Part shown: one piece after another, positions 20,612 through 29,825 of the stretch
Position numbering within the stretch: the stretch's first letter is position 1
Layout of the letters: each line of letters opens with the position of its first letter
Notes under the pieces: generated by a model
The model's input: the letters and a program-made list of their open reading frames with translations, nothing else
What the model was told of the DNA's origin: nothing
The model's database searches: none
Origin: Spirochaetia bacterium
GTDB lineage: Bacteria; Spirochaetota; Spirochaetia; DSM-2461
Direction: 5' to 3'
Assembly (NCBI GenBank): GCA_963666985.2
Contig: CAXXIA010000002.1
Coordinates: 1,120,001 to 1,184,000 of the forward strand
Length of the DNA: 64,000 nucleotides
Translations under genes and position numbers: made by a program

Positions 20612-21103
20612 TTGATGCTTAGACCGAAATTTATCGTTTTCTTTCCGCTTATCGCTTTCGTTGTCGCCGTTCTGACTTCATGCGCCGGGTCTCCGTCGCC
20701 TATCGATGAGAATTGGACCGCGGAGATGTTCTTTAAGAACGCTCAGGAAGAAATGGATGAAAGCCGCTATAAAACGGCTCTGTATTACTATGAAGTCTTT
20801 ATGGTCCGCTATCCGAATAATTACCAGCGCGTTATCGCCGCCGAATACGAACGGGCCTTTATCCACTATAAAACAGGCGATTTAAAAACCGCCGAAGCCG
20901 AATATAGGGAAATCCTCAGAAAGTACGAAGAAAGTCCCTATGCGATGCTTTATCCCACACGGTTTGAAAAACTCTGCACGATAGGTCTGCAAAACATCGA
21001 GAAGCAAAAGGCGATCCATAGACGCCTGATGTGGCGCAGGAAAGAAAAAGAATGGGCGGAGGCACACGGCGAGAGCCTAACCGACGAGGAAGCCGCCGAA
21101 TAA
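20612..21103 (+). CDS. TPR lipoprotein (BamD-like)
   Basis: LTSC lipobox; TPR pattern AQE......Y..A..YYE....RYP, AEYE.AFIHYK. Confidence 0.7.
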   Translation: MMLRPKFIVFFPLIAFVVAVLTSCAGSPSPIDENWTAEMFFKNAQEEMDESRYKTALYYYEVFMVRYPNNYQRVIAAEYERAFIHYKTGDLKTAEAEYREILRKYEESPYAMLYPTRFEKLCTIGLQNIEKQKAIHRRLMWRRKEKEWAEAHGESLTDEEAAE

Positions 21104-21253
21104 TTTTCCGAATCGGAGCGGCGCAAAATAGCCTCAAATGACATACAGCGGTAAAAAATTCGCGCGATTCAACATACTTCAACCCGGATTAATCAAAATT
21201 AATCCGGCGTAATGCGTAATAATCACTTAAAAATCGTTCCGGATAACTCCGGC

Positions 21254-22462
21254 TTAAAGCGGCGCATCCTCCCCGGTTCGCGGCAGGCGAATAGGATGAA
21301 TGGAAACACCCAGCCTCGCCGCTTCTTCTTCCACCATTTCCGGCGTAATGGCGCCCCGGGGCTCCTCGTGAGCCGGAGCGTCTCCCACCTGAATAATCGC
21401 CCTCTCGGGAGCCTCCCACTCGAATTCCGTTAATCCGGCGTAAATCCCCTCGTTCACCGCCTCGGGAATATCCCGGCCGCCGGAAACATGAACCGCGTCC
21501 AACCATTCCTGCAGAACATCCAAATCGTCCGTAAACATCTTGGTTCGGGTTAAATACGCTTCCTTGTAATCCCGGTAGAGAACCAGCCCCACCCGGAACG
21601 AATCGAATCCTTCCACTCTGTTCCGTACGAGCGGAACCAGCGATTCCCGGATAAAGCTCACATCGTCCTTCATGCTCACCGTCGTATCCACCACCAGAAC
21701 CACATCGATATTGCCGCCGGAAGTTCCGATAATATCGGCGATCCGTTCCATGGCCTCTTCGATATTCTCCACGGGCCCCTGAGCCGCCGTCAGAATCTCG
21801 GGCGGGGGCGGCGGGGGGAGTTCCTTCATCGAAAGAACAAACGGATTATCCTCCCAAGCCCCGTCGTAATCGGCATAGGCCCGCTCAAACGTCCTGATGT
21901 TCAACCACGTGCCGCGGTGCACTTCCACCTGTCCCTCACGGCTCCAGGGATAACCGTAGGTTAAAAGGAAAGGAATATGGATATGGAACGCCCGGCCGAG
22001 CAGTTCATTCTCCTCGGGCGTGGAATCCAAAAGAAAATACAAAGGGCGGGAGGATTCCAGAACGCGGCCGTCCAAAATCCGTTTTTCATTCCCGTTAACA
22101 GGATTGTAGTCCCAGGCCCTGAAAGCGAAAGAATCGGCCTTTTTCGCAGGATCGGCCGTTGATTCGGTTATCAGAATCGACCCCAGCCCCTCCTTCGCTT
22201 TCACGTAAAGATCCAAACCCTCCGCGTTTTCGGCCAGCTCGATATAAGCATCTCCGGGCTCAATCACCAAGTTCTCGGCGCCAAGATACTGAGGGATTGT
22301 CAAAAGAAGACCGACGAGGATGACCCCCGAAGCCGTCCGGGTTCTTCCGCGCCTCCATCGGGCCGCGGCCGTTCCGAATCGAAAGGCGGCGGAGAGGCGG
22401 CTCCGAATCACTCGAGGCCGCAATCGTGAAGACGGCGCGTTCATTTCGGGACTTTTCATCAC
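21254..22462 (-). CDS. von Willebrand factor A domain protein (start uncertain)
   Basis: DVVLVVDTTVSM, RVGLVLYRDY, GG.DIPEAV..G, GDAPAH; poly-Pro linker. Confidence 0.85.
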   Translation of the reverse strand: MMKSPEMNAPSSRLRPRVIRSRLSAAFRFGTAAARWRRGRTRTASGVILVGLLLTIPQYLGAENLVIEPGDAYIELAENAEGLDLYVKAKEGLGSILITESTADPAKKADSFAFRAWDYNPVNGNEKRILDGRVLESSRPLYFLLDSTPEENELLGRAFHIHIPFLLTYGYPWSREGQVEVHRGTWLNIRTFERAYADYDGAWEDNPFVLSMKELPPPPPPEILTAAQGPVENIEEAMERIADIIGTSGGNIDVVLVVDTTVSMKDDVSFIRESLVPLVRNRVEGFDSFRVGLVLYRDYKEAYLTRTKMFTDDLDVLQEWLDAVHVSGGRDIPEAVNEGIYAGLTEFEWEAPERAIIQVGDAPAHEEPRGAITPEMVEEEAARLGVSIHPIRLPRTGEDAPL

Positions 22463-22748
22463 ATTCCGATTATCGGCAGTCCGGCCCGGCCATGTAAGAA
22501 TCGGTCAATTTACCCGTCCCGGCGCAATGTCCCGAGGATTTCCAAGGAAGAAAAGCGGCGGCGGCCGGGAGAGCGCCCCGAAGTCCCATCCATCCTTCCT
22601 TCTTTATTTTAAAAGAATCGGTCAATTCGCCCGCCGGCCACTTGTATGTTAAGCCACGTTAATGTAAAAAAAGCTGATAAAACTACTCTCCGGTAGGAAA
22701 AACAGCCTCTCCTCCCTCAGAAAGTTCCATCAAACTCTTATTCCCGAT

Positions 22749-22764
22749 CGGCACGGCAGTTGCT
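22749..22764 (+). promoter_or_regulatory. Sigma-54 (-24/-12) promoter of modABC
   Basis: CGGCACGGCAGTTGCT = GG-N10-GC, close to consensus TGGCACG-N4-TTGC. Confidence 0.75.
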
Positions 22765-22819
22765 TTATGAAAAGAGAAGAATCTCAATAAAAAAAATATA
22801 TTTATTAAGGAGATAGATC

Positions 22820-23614
22820 ATGTTGAAAAAAGCAATCCTGACTTTTGTTTTGCTTTCATCGTCATTCTTGTCGGTTTTCGCCGGCGGAAACGCGGAATCG
22901 TCCGCTTCCGAGACTCCCGCCTCCGATACTCCAACGGAAATCACCGTTTTTCTGGCCGCAAGCACCACCGATGTGCTGAACGATTTAACGGCCATGTACA
23001 CGGAGAGAACCGGTATCGCGGTGAACACGAATCCGGCCTCCAGCGGCACCCTGGCCAAACAGCTGGAACAAGGAGCGGAAGCCGATGTGTATATTTCGGC
23101 TTCGAAAAAATGGATGGATTACACCGATAACCTCGGCATTGTTCTTGAAAGCAGTCCCTTCGTCCGGAATCGGTTGGTTCTCATTGCTCCGAACGATACG
23201 CCGCTGAAGCCGTTTGAAATCACCACGGAAACCGACTTTCCTTCGCTGTTCTCGGGCCGTATTTCCATCGGCGATCCGGCTCATGTTCCGGCCGGGAAGT
23301 ATGCTCAGGACGCCCTGACGTATTTCGGATGGTATGATAAGATTTCAGACCGTATTCAGCCGGCCGCCGATGTCCGGGCGGCTTTGGCAGTTGTGGAACT
23401 GGGTGAAACGGAACTTGGAATCGTTTATGAAACCGACGCGATGAAATCGGGCGACAAAGTTGCGGTGCTCTCACATTTTCCGGAAGAATCTTTTACGCCG
23501 ATTGAATATTTCTGCGCCCAGCTGACACCGGAAGGAGAAGATTTTTACCAATTCCTCTTAAGCGACGATGCCGCCGGCATTTTTGAATCGTACGGTTTTA
23601 CGCCCACAAAATAA
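22820..23614 (+). CDS. modA: Molybdate ABC substrate-binding protein
   Basis: AAS, SSGTLAKQLEQGA.AD.YISA, NRLVLI, GDPAHVPAGKYA, GIVY.TDA. Confidence 0.95.
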   Translation: MLKKAILTFVLLSSSFLSVFAGGNAESSASETPASDTPTEITVFLAASTTDVLNDLTAMYTERTGIAVNTNPASSGTLAKQLEQGAEADVYISASKKWMDYTDNLGIVLESSPFVRNRLVLIAPNDTPLKPFEITTETDFPSLFSGRISIGDPAHVPAGKYAQDALTYFGWYDKISDRIQPAADVRAALAVVELGETELGIVYETDAMKSGDKVAVLSHFPEESFTPIEYFCAQLTPEGEDFYQFLLSDDAAGIFESYGFTPTK

Positions 23615-23626
23615 AACAGGCAAAGA

Positions 23627-24331
23627 ATGAACGGTCCGGAAATTACAGACGCTATTGTTCTCTCGATAAAAATAGGGCTTTTGGCCACCATCATCAACAT
23701 TCCCCTGGCGATGATAACGGCTTATCTACTCGCGCGTTTTGAATTCGGAGGCAAAGCGATTCTGGACGGACTGATCAATCTGCCTTTGGTGATGCCCCCG
23801 GTAACCACGGGATATCTTCTTCTCTTTATCCTGGGGAAGCGGGGGTTTATCGGCGCGTACCTTTTTTCCTGGTTCGGAATCCGGATCGCGTTCACCACGG
23901 CCGCCGCCGTTATCGCTTCCATGGTGGTTTCTTTCCCTCTGGTGGCCCGAAGCATACGCATCTCCATGGAAATGCTGGATAAAAAAATGGAGAATGCCGC
24001 GATGACCCTAGGAGCCGGAAAACTCGCCGTGTTTTTCAGGGTAACCTTGCCGTTGATTCTGCCGGGAGTTATCAATGGCGCCGTACTCGGCTTCGCCCGG
24101 AGCTTGGGAGAATTCGGCGCAACCATGACCTTCGCGGGGAACATCCGAGGAGAAACACGAACCATCCCCCTGTCGGTCTATTCGCTCCTGCAGATTCCGG
24201 GAAAAGAAAAGGATGCGGGGATTCTCGTTATCATTTCCATCGTGATTTCTTTCGCGGCGATGTTTCTTTCCTCGGCATTCGGCCGAAAAATGACGCGTAA
24301 AGGAAAGGATGTGTATGGGCCTTCGGTTTGA
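23627..24331 (+). CDS. modB: Molybdate ABC permease
   Basis: LPLVMPPVTTGYLLL, FARSLGEFGAT..FAGNI.GETRTIP. Confidence 0.95.
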   Translation: MNGPEITDAIVLSIKIGLLATIINIPLAMITAYLLARFEFGGKAILDGLINLPLVMPPVTTGYLLLFILGKRGFIGAYLFSWFGIRIAFTTAAAVIASMVVSFPLVARSIRISMEMLDKKMENAAMTLGAGKLAVFFRVTLPLILPGVINGAVLGFARSLGEFGATMTFAGNIRGETRTIPLSVYSLLQIPGKEKDAGILVIISIVISFAAMFLSSAFGRKMTRKGKDVYGPSV

Positions 24332-25364
24332 CCTGACCCTTCCCCGGCGTAATTTCGAGCTTCAGCTCAAAGCGGAATTCGGAAACGACATGATCGGCGT
24401 TTTCGGCCCGTCGGGCGCGGGAAAAACATCGTTTTTCAATCTGCTGGCCGGACTGGAACGGCCTACCAAGGGTTGCATCATCCTGAACGGCCGGGTTTTA
24501 ACGGATGTTGAAAAAGGAATTTATGTTCCACCGAACAAACGCCGCGGCGGTGTTGTCTTCCAGGAAAAACTCCTCTTTCCCCACTTGAATGTACGGGAGA
24601 ACCTCCTCTTCGGAGAGCGGTATGCGAAAGAGAAAAAAATCGATCTTAAAACGGTAACGGAACTGCTGGATCTGGCCTCGCTCCTTGAATCCCGTCCCGA
24701 CCGCATCTCCGGCGGAGAACAGCAGAGAACCGCCCTCGGACGCGCCCTGCTCACATCTCCGGATCTTCTGCTCATGGATGAGCCGTTCAATGCGGTGGAT
24801 AATGAACTTCGCCTGAACATCCTCCCCTATTTAAAGCGCCTCGGCGATGAACTGGACATCCCCATCCTTGTTATCAGTCACGACCTTCCCGATATTCAGC
24901 GCCTCACGGATAAAATCTATCTTATTGAACACGGCCGGTCCCTCGGATACGGAAGCATCATGGATCTTTTCGATAACCGGCATCACTTGGAGAAAAACGG
25001 CCTTCTGAACGCCTTCACCCTGGTTCAGCCCGAAGAACAGGAAAACGGAACATACACCTGCCGGATTAAAGGCCATCCCGATCTTGCAATCAAAACCCCC
25101 ATGGCGGCCGGTCCTGAATTCACCATGGTCATCCGGCCGAATGAAATCGCTTTATCCCGTCACTTTGTTCCCGAAATCTCCATTCAGAATCAGCTTCCCG
25201 GCCGGCTTGCGGAAATCATCGGCGATGAAAACAGGATTTATTGTGTTGTTGACGTCGGAATTAAAATGATCGCGGAAATAACCCCGCAGGCTATTAAGGA
25301 ACTCGCCCTTGTTCCCGGAGATACCGTCTACTGCCTCTTTAAAACACATTCTCTGGTTCAATAA
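24315..25364 (+). CDS. modC: Molybdate ABC ATPase with TOBE domain
   Basis: GPSGAGKT, VFQE..LFPHL.V, SGGEQQR, C-terminal SIQNQL.G...AEIT....EL.L.PG. Confidence 0.93.
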   Translation: MGLRFDLTLPRRNFELQLKAEFGNDMIGVFGPSGAGKTSFFNLLAGLERPTKGCIILNGRVLTDVEKGIYVPPNKRRGGVVFQEKLLFPHLNVRENLLFGERYAKEKKIDLKTVTELLDLASLLESRPDRISGGEQQRTALGRALLTSPDLLLMDEPFNAVDNELRLNILPYLKRLGDELDIPILVISHDLPDIQRLTDKIYLIEHGRSLGYGSIMDLFDNRHHLEKNGLLNAFTLVQPEEQENGTYTCRIKGHPDLAIKTPMAAGPEFTMVIRPNEIALSRHFVPEISIQNQLPGRLAEIIGDENRIYCVVDVGIKMIAEITPQAIKELALVPGDTVYCLFKTHSLVQ

Positions 25365-25567
25365 CTTCGCGGAAACGGCCCCGGTTCGTCCTCTTTGAAT
25401 AATCATCAACCGCTATGAGGAACGTGATAATCGCGGGATTCATCTGTCTCGGCACGCTGGCCGCCGGTTTCCGAAAACGCGTAAGCTGTCCGTCCATCAC
25501 GGAAAACACCTGTTCCCCAGATTAAGAAGAGGATGCATAATGGGAAAAACGGAAGAAAGAGGCCCCT

Positions 25568-26863
25568 ATGGATTCCGTCCCCATTGTGCAATCGGGTAAA
25601 CCTTACAGGCCGTTTACGGTCAAAGTCATGAATTCCATCGGACGATCCGTCCGAAAAGCGGGAATCAACGCCATCCCGCTGAATCCGGATAAACTGATGG
25701 AAGAAGCCGTCCGCAAAACCGGCTATTCCGATTTCGGAAACGATGATTTCGAAAAAGGCCTGCGGCTTTTTATGGAAAGCCTGGAGGAAGAAGCCGAACT
25801 GAACTTCCTCGGACGCGTAATCGCTCAGAGCTACACGGACTCCAACCTGGCGAACCGGCTTCTGATACTGGAACGGCGCAAGAACAATCCGCGCGTTCAG
25901 GATGAGCGAATCGAAGCGCCTCTGGTGATTGTCGGACTCCCGCGAACCGGTACGACGATTCTCCATGCCCTACTCGATCAGGACCCTGCCAGCCGAAGCC
26001 CTCTCTTCTGGGAAGTGGATTATCCCGATCCGCCTCCTCTGCCCGAAACTTGGGAAACCGATTCTCGGATAGCCCGGCAGCAAAAGACTCTGGACAACCT
26101 CTACCGCATGGCTCCGGATTTCAGAGCCATGCATCCCATGACGGCCCTCATGCCTCAGGAATGCGCCGCCGTCTTTACCCTATGCTTCCGCTCCGAACAG
26201 CTTCAAACCCAATTCAATGTGCCCTCATACCAGGCATGGCTGGATGAGGCCGCGATGGAATCCACCTATGCGTTCCATCGCATGTTCCTTCAGCATCTCC
26301 AGTCCGGCGGGGTAAGGGGAGAACGATGGCTTCTCAAATCCCCGGCCCATTTTGCCCGTTTGGATTATCTTTTCCGGGAATATCCCGATGCACGCGTTAT
26401 CCATACGCACAGAAATCCCATCGATGTCTGCGCTTCGGTTTCCAGCATGACGGCCACGCTGAGGGGAATGTCGAGTGATGCCGTTGATCTAAAGGCCATA
26501 GGAGAGCAGCAGCTCGATTGGTGGGCAAAAACGGTGGAGAAATCCCTTCAAAACAGAAAAAAAATGCCCGATAAAAACAGGCAAATCTTCGATGTTGAAA
26601 TGAAAGAGCTGGTATCCGATCCTCTTGGGACAATTAAAAGAATATATGACTTTTTCAACATGGAACTCACCGAATACACCGAAGCGGCCATGAACGCCTA
26701 TTTAACGGAAAACTCACGGAATAAGTACGGCTCCCATACCTACAGCCTGTCGGATTTCGGATTGAACCGGGAGAGGGATAAACACCGCTTCGACGAATAC
26801 GTTTCATACTACGGCTTGGAGGAGGCGAAGACACCCTATGAGCTTTCTTTCTCGAAGAGCTGA
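25568..26863 (+). CDS. Sulfotransferase-family protein (mycobacterial Stf-like)
   Basis: 5'-PSB loop GLPRTGTT; W.LKSPAH; 3'-PB THRNP....AS..S. Confidence 0.88.
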   Translation: MDSVPIVQSGKPYRPFTVKVMNSIGRSVRKAGINAIPLNPDKLMEEAVRKTGYSDFGNDDFEKGLRLFMESLEEEAELNFLGRVIAQSYTDSNLANRLLILERRKNNPRVQDERIEAPLVIVGLPRTGTTILHALLDQDPASRSPLFWEVDYPDPPPLPETWETDSRIARQQKTLDNLYRMAPDFRAMHPMTALMPQECAAVFTLCFRSEQLQTQFNVPSYQAWLDEAAMESTYAFHRMFLQHLQSGGVRGERWLLKSPAHFARLDYLFREYPDARVIHTHRNPIDVCASVSSMTATLRGMSSDAVDLKAIGEQQLDWWAKTVEKSLQNRKKMPDKNRQIFDVEMKELVSDPLGTIKRIYDFFNMELTEYTEAAMNAYLTENSRNKYGSHTYSLSDFGLNRERDKHRFDEYVSYYGLEEAKTPYELSFSKS

Positions 26864-27920
26864 CGCACGTGCCTTCGGCGGCTTTGTTTCCGCACTCAAA
26901 GGATTCGAACGAAAATTCCGCCATCGCCGTTTCCTTAAAGGGGATACGGAAATCGCGGAAGGATACAAAGCGGTTCTCGATCTGATTTCCGTGGGTTTGG
27001 ACTGCTATGTCTACAACTCTCCGTACGAACCCCGGTTTATTTCCCTTGTTTCCCCGGAACGAAAAATCGGCGGTGACAACGCGGATGCTTTGTACTTCTT
27101 TGCTCCCATCTCCCCGGACAGAACGTATACAATCAGAGGAACCGTCGGACGGACGGCCTACATCGGTTTTACCGTATACGGCGGAAAAACGCCGAAAAAG
27201 TTTCATATCGTCGGTAACTTTTCCACGCCGGATGTCGTCATCGAAAAAGACGGAAGTTTCACATTGATCCTCGGCCCCGGTGCGGAAGGACCGAATGCCG
27301 TACCCACCGACAATACGGCGAACTGCGTTATTATCAGACGCTACTTCACGGACAAACAGGAAATGACGGAAGAACCCGGCATTCAAGATATATCAACCGA
27401 CGCTCCTATCCCCGAGAAACCGCTCCTGCACACCTCCGAATCGGTTGGAACAACAATGCGAAACTTCGAACAGTTCCTCCGGGGCTGGTTCCGCATTCTG
27501 CCGATGATTATGCCACCGATTCCGAAGGTCTTTAATAAAATGACTCCGCCGCGCCCGGCCTCGACGGATACGGGACATTGGTCCACGCCCGATAATATCC
27601 ATTCCATGGGGTTCTACCGCCTTCGGGACAATGAGGCCCTCATCATTAAAGGACGCTCACCGAAATGCACATACTGGAGCGTGCATCTCTGGAATCCCTA
27701 CCTTCAAACCTATGACTATCAAAGATGTTCATGCGCGCTCAGCGGCGCGGATGTTCGTCTTGAAGATGATGGAAGCTGGGAACTTGTTGCCGCGAAAAAA
27801 AATCCCGGACGGCCGAACTGGATCGACACCGCCGGGCATAACCGCGGCATGGTTTATTTCCGCTGGCTGCAGGCGGAAGAAACGCCCGAGAAGCCGGAAT
27901 GCCGCATCGTGGATATATAG
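26838..27920 (+). CDS. DUF1214-domain protein
   Basis: GGDNADALY, Y.IRG, DGSF.LILG, YWSVHLWN, DGSWELV....PG.PNWIDTAGH..G....RW; overlaps the sulfotransferase stop. Confidence 0.8.
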   Translation: MSFLSRRADARAFGGFVSALKGFERKFRHRRFLKGDTEIAEGYKAVLDLISVGLDCYVYNSPYEPRFISLVSPERKIGGDNADALYFFAPISPDRTYTIRGTVGRTAYIGFTVYGGKTPKKFHIVGNFSTPDVVIEKDGSFTLILGPGAEGPNAVPTDNTANCVIIRRYFTDKQEMTEEPGIQDISTDAPIPEKPLLHTSESVGTTMRNFEQFLRGWFRILPMIMPPIPKVFNKMTPPRPASTDTGHWSTPDNIHSMGFYRLRDNEALIIKGRSPKCTYWSVHLWNPYLQTYDYQRCSCALSGADVRLEDDGSWELVAAKKNPGRPNWIDTAGHNRGMVYFRWLQAEETPEKPECRIVDI

Positions 27921-27984
27921 CCGACCGAATCCGATTCAACTCTTCCGGAGGAAACCGGTGTTTTCAGCCGTGAATCGGCGGCTC

Positions 27985-28350
27985 TCAATCATCCTCGTAG
28001 AGTTCGTTAATGCTATCCCAGGCTTCGGGATTATCGGCGCGCAGTCCCCAGAGCAGTTCGCCCGCGGAAACAAGAAGAGACGCCTGGATTAACCTCGCCT
28101 TCTCCGGCTCCATGGAGATTCCGGGAAAAAAGCGCACTGTCTCCTCTTCATTCATTTCCAAGGTCGAACGAACTTCCTCGGCCAAGGCATTCTTGGAAAT
28201 TCGAGTTAAGCCGTTAACATCCTTCAGGAGTTCCGGGTTCCAATTCATTCGTTCGAGACGATCGGCGGCCCACTCGATATCTTCCGCTTCCGGGAGAGCC
28301 TCAATTCGAGCCAGAAGCGCCTCCGCCTTTTCTTTATATGCTTCCTTCAT
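27985..28350 (-). CDS. Hypothetical acidic helical protein
   Basis: 121-aa ORF with GGAG RBS, fills the gap. Confidence 0.6.
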   Translation of the reverse strand: MKEAYKEKAEALLARIEALPEAEDIEWAADRLERMNWNPELLKDVNGLTRISKNALAEEVRSTLEMNEEETVRFFPGISMEPEKARLIQASLLVSAGELLWGLRADNPEAWDSINELYEDD

Positions 28351-28487
28351 ATCGCTTCTCCATAAATCTAAGTATAAAAGGAACATCAACACTCTTTCGC
28401 GGGAGCTTATTCAAAAATACGCTAAAAAACGCATGATAGCATTTCCTTGACTGTCCGACCGGCCGGGTCTAGTATCCTGATTCAACA

Positions 28488-29825
28488 ATGAACAGAAAGA
28501 ACGTCCGGATTCTTCTGGTGGACGACGATATTACACTGACGTCTCTTATCAAAGATCTGCTGGAAACCAAAGGATACGCCGTTGATCTCGCGAATTCCTA
28601 TGAAGAAGCCGAAGAACGTCTCAATCTCTATCGCTACCGGGTCGTTGTGTCCGATTTTGTCATGCCCGGCAAAACGGGACTGGACCTTTTAAAATTCTGC
28701 ACTCAAACCAGCAGAGACATGCAGTTCATCATGGTTACGGCCTTCGGCAGCATCGAAAACGCCGTTGAAGCCCTGAAGATGGGCGCCTTCGACTATCTGA
28801 CGAAGCCGATACAGATAGACGAACTCCTCATTATTATCGAGAAGGCTCTGGATCACGGAGAACTCACGGCCCGCAACCGCTTCCTTACGCAGGAACTGGA
28901 TAAAATGGACGAGTACTGCTTCGAAAGCCGCTCCGACAATTACCTTTCACTTCTGAAAAGCGTCGAACAGGTGAAAGAGGTTTGTTCTACGGTGCTGCTT
29001 CAAGGTGAAACGGGAACGGGAAAGGAAGTTCTCGCGAAGCTCATTCACAGCGGGGGGCCGTGCAGGAACGGCAACTTCGTTCCTATTAACTGCGGAGCTC
29101 TGCCGGAAAGCCTTCTGGAAAGCGAACTTTTCGGTTACGAGAAAGGCGCCTTCACCGACGCCGTCAAAGACCAGACGGGGAAACTCGAATTCGCCGACGA
29201 AGGCACGCTCTTTCTCGACGAAGTTGAAGCAATGTCGCCGAAAGCTCAAATCTCCCTGCTCCGATTCCTGCAGGAAGGAGAAATCACCAGACTGGGTTCC
29301 AATAAAAGAATCCGCCTGAATGTTCGGATTATCGCGGCGACGAACAAAGATCTTATCGAAATGTGCCGGGAAGGATCTTTTCGGGAAGATCTCTACTACC
29401 GCATCAGCGTTTTCCCCATGGAAATCCCTCCTTTAAGAGAACGCAAGGATGATATTCTCGTCCTTGCCGACTGGCTCCTCGAATGTATGGGCCGAAAACT
29501 CTCACGCCGTATCGCCGGCTTCTCATCCGAGGCGCAAAAGGCGCTTCTCTCCTATCCCTGGCCGGGAAACATTCGGGAACTGCGGAACTGCATCGAACGA
29601 GCCGTCATCGTGGAAAGAAGCGGAACCGTTCAAAAAGACTCCCTTTTCCTGCGGCCGATAAAAACACTTCCCATGAAGTTTGACGAAATCGGCCTGATCC
29701 CCCTGAAAACTCTCGAAGAATCCTATATTTCCTGGGCCTTGGGTGAAATGGAAGGGAATAAAACCGCCACCGCCGAAGCTCTGGGCATTTCCCCCCGCGG
29801 TCTTTACTACAAGCTGGACCGATGA
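28488..29825 (+). CDS. Sigma-54-dependent response regulator (NtrC/AtoC family)
   Basis: Receiver (VDDD, SDFVMPG), AAA+ GETGTGKE, ESELFGYEKGAFTDA (GAFTGA-like), WPGNIREL.N, Fis HTH. Confidence 0.95.
   Translation: MNRKNVRILLVDDDITLTSLIKDLLETKGYAVDLANSYEEAEERLNLYRYRVVVSDFVMPGKTGLDLLKFCTQTSRDMQFIMVTAFGSIENAVEALKMGAFDYLTKPIQIDELLIIIEKALDHGELTARNRFLTQELDKMDEYCFESRSDNYLSLLKSVEQVKEVCSTVLLQGETGTGKEVLAKLIHSGGPCRNGNFVPINCGALPESLLESELFGYEKGAFTDAVKDQTGKLEFADEGTLFLDEVEAMSPKAQISLLRFLQEGEITRLGSNKRIRLNVRIIAATNKDLIEMCREGSFREDLYYRISVFPMEIPPLRERKDDILVLADWLLECMGRKLSRRIAGFSSEAQKALLSYPWPGNIRELRNCIERAVIVERSGTVQKDSLFLRPIKTLPMKFDEIGLIPLKTLEESYISWALGEMEGNKTATAEALGISPRGLYYKLDR

Noticed and set aside
25540..25599. 19-codon upstream ORF overlapping the sulfotransferase start (possible second frameshift)
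   Set aside because: ATG 25568 has its own AGAGG RBS and the protein appears complete
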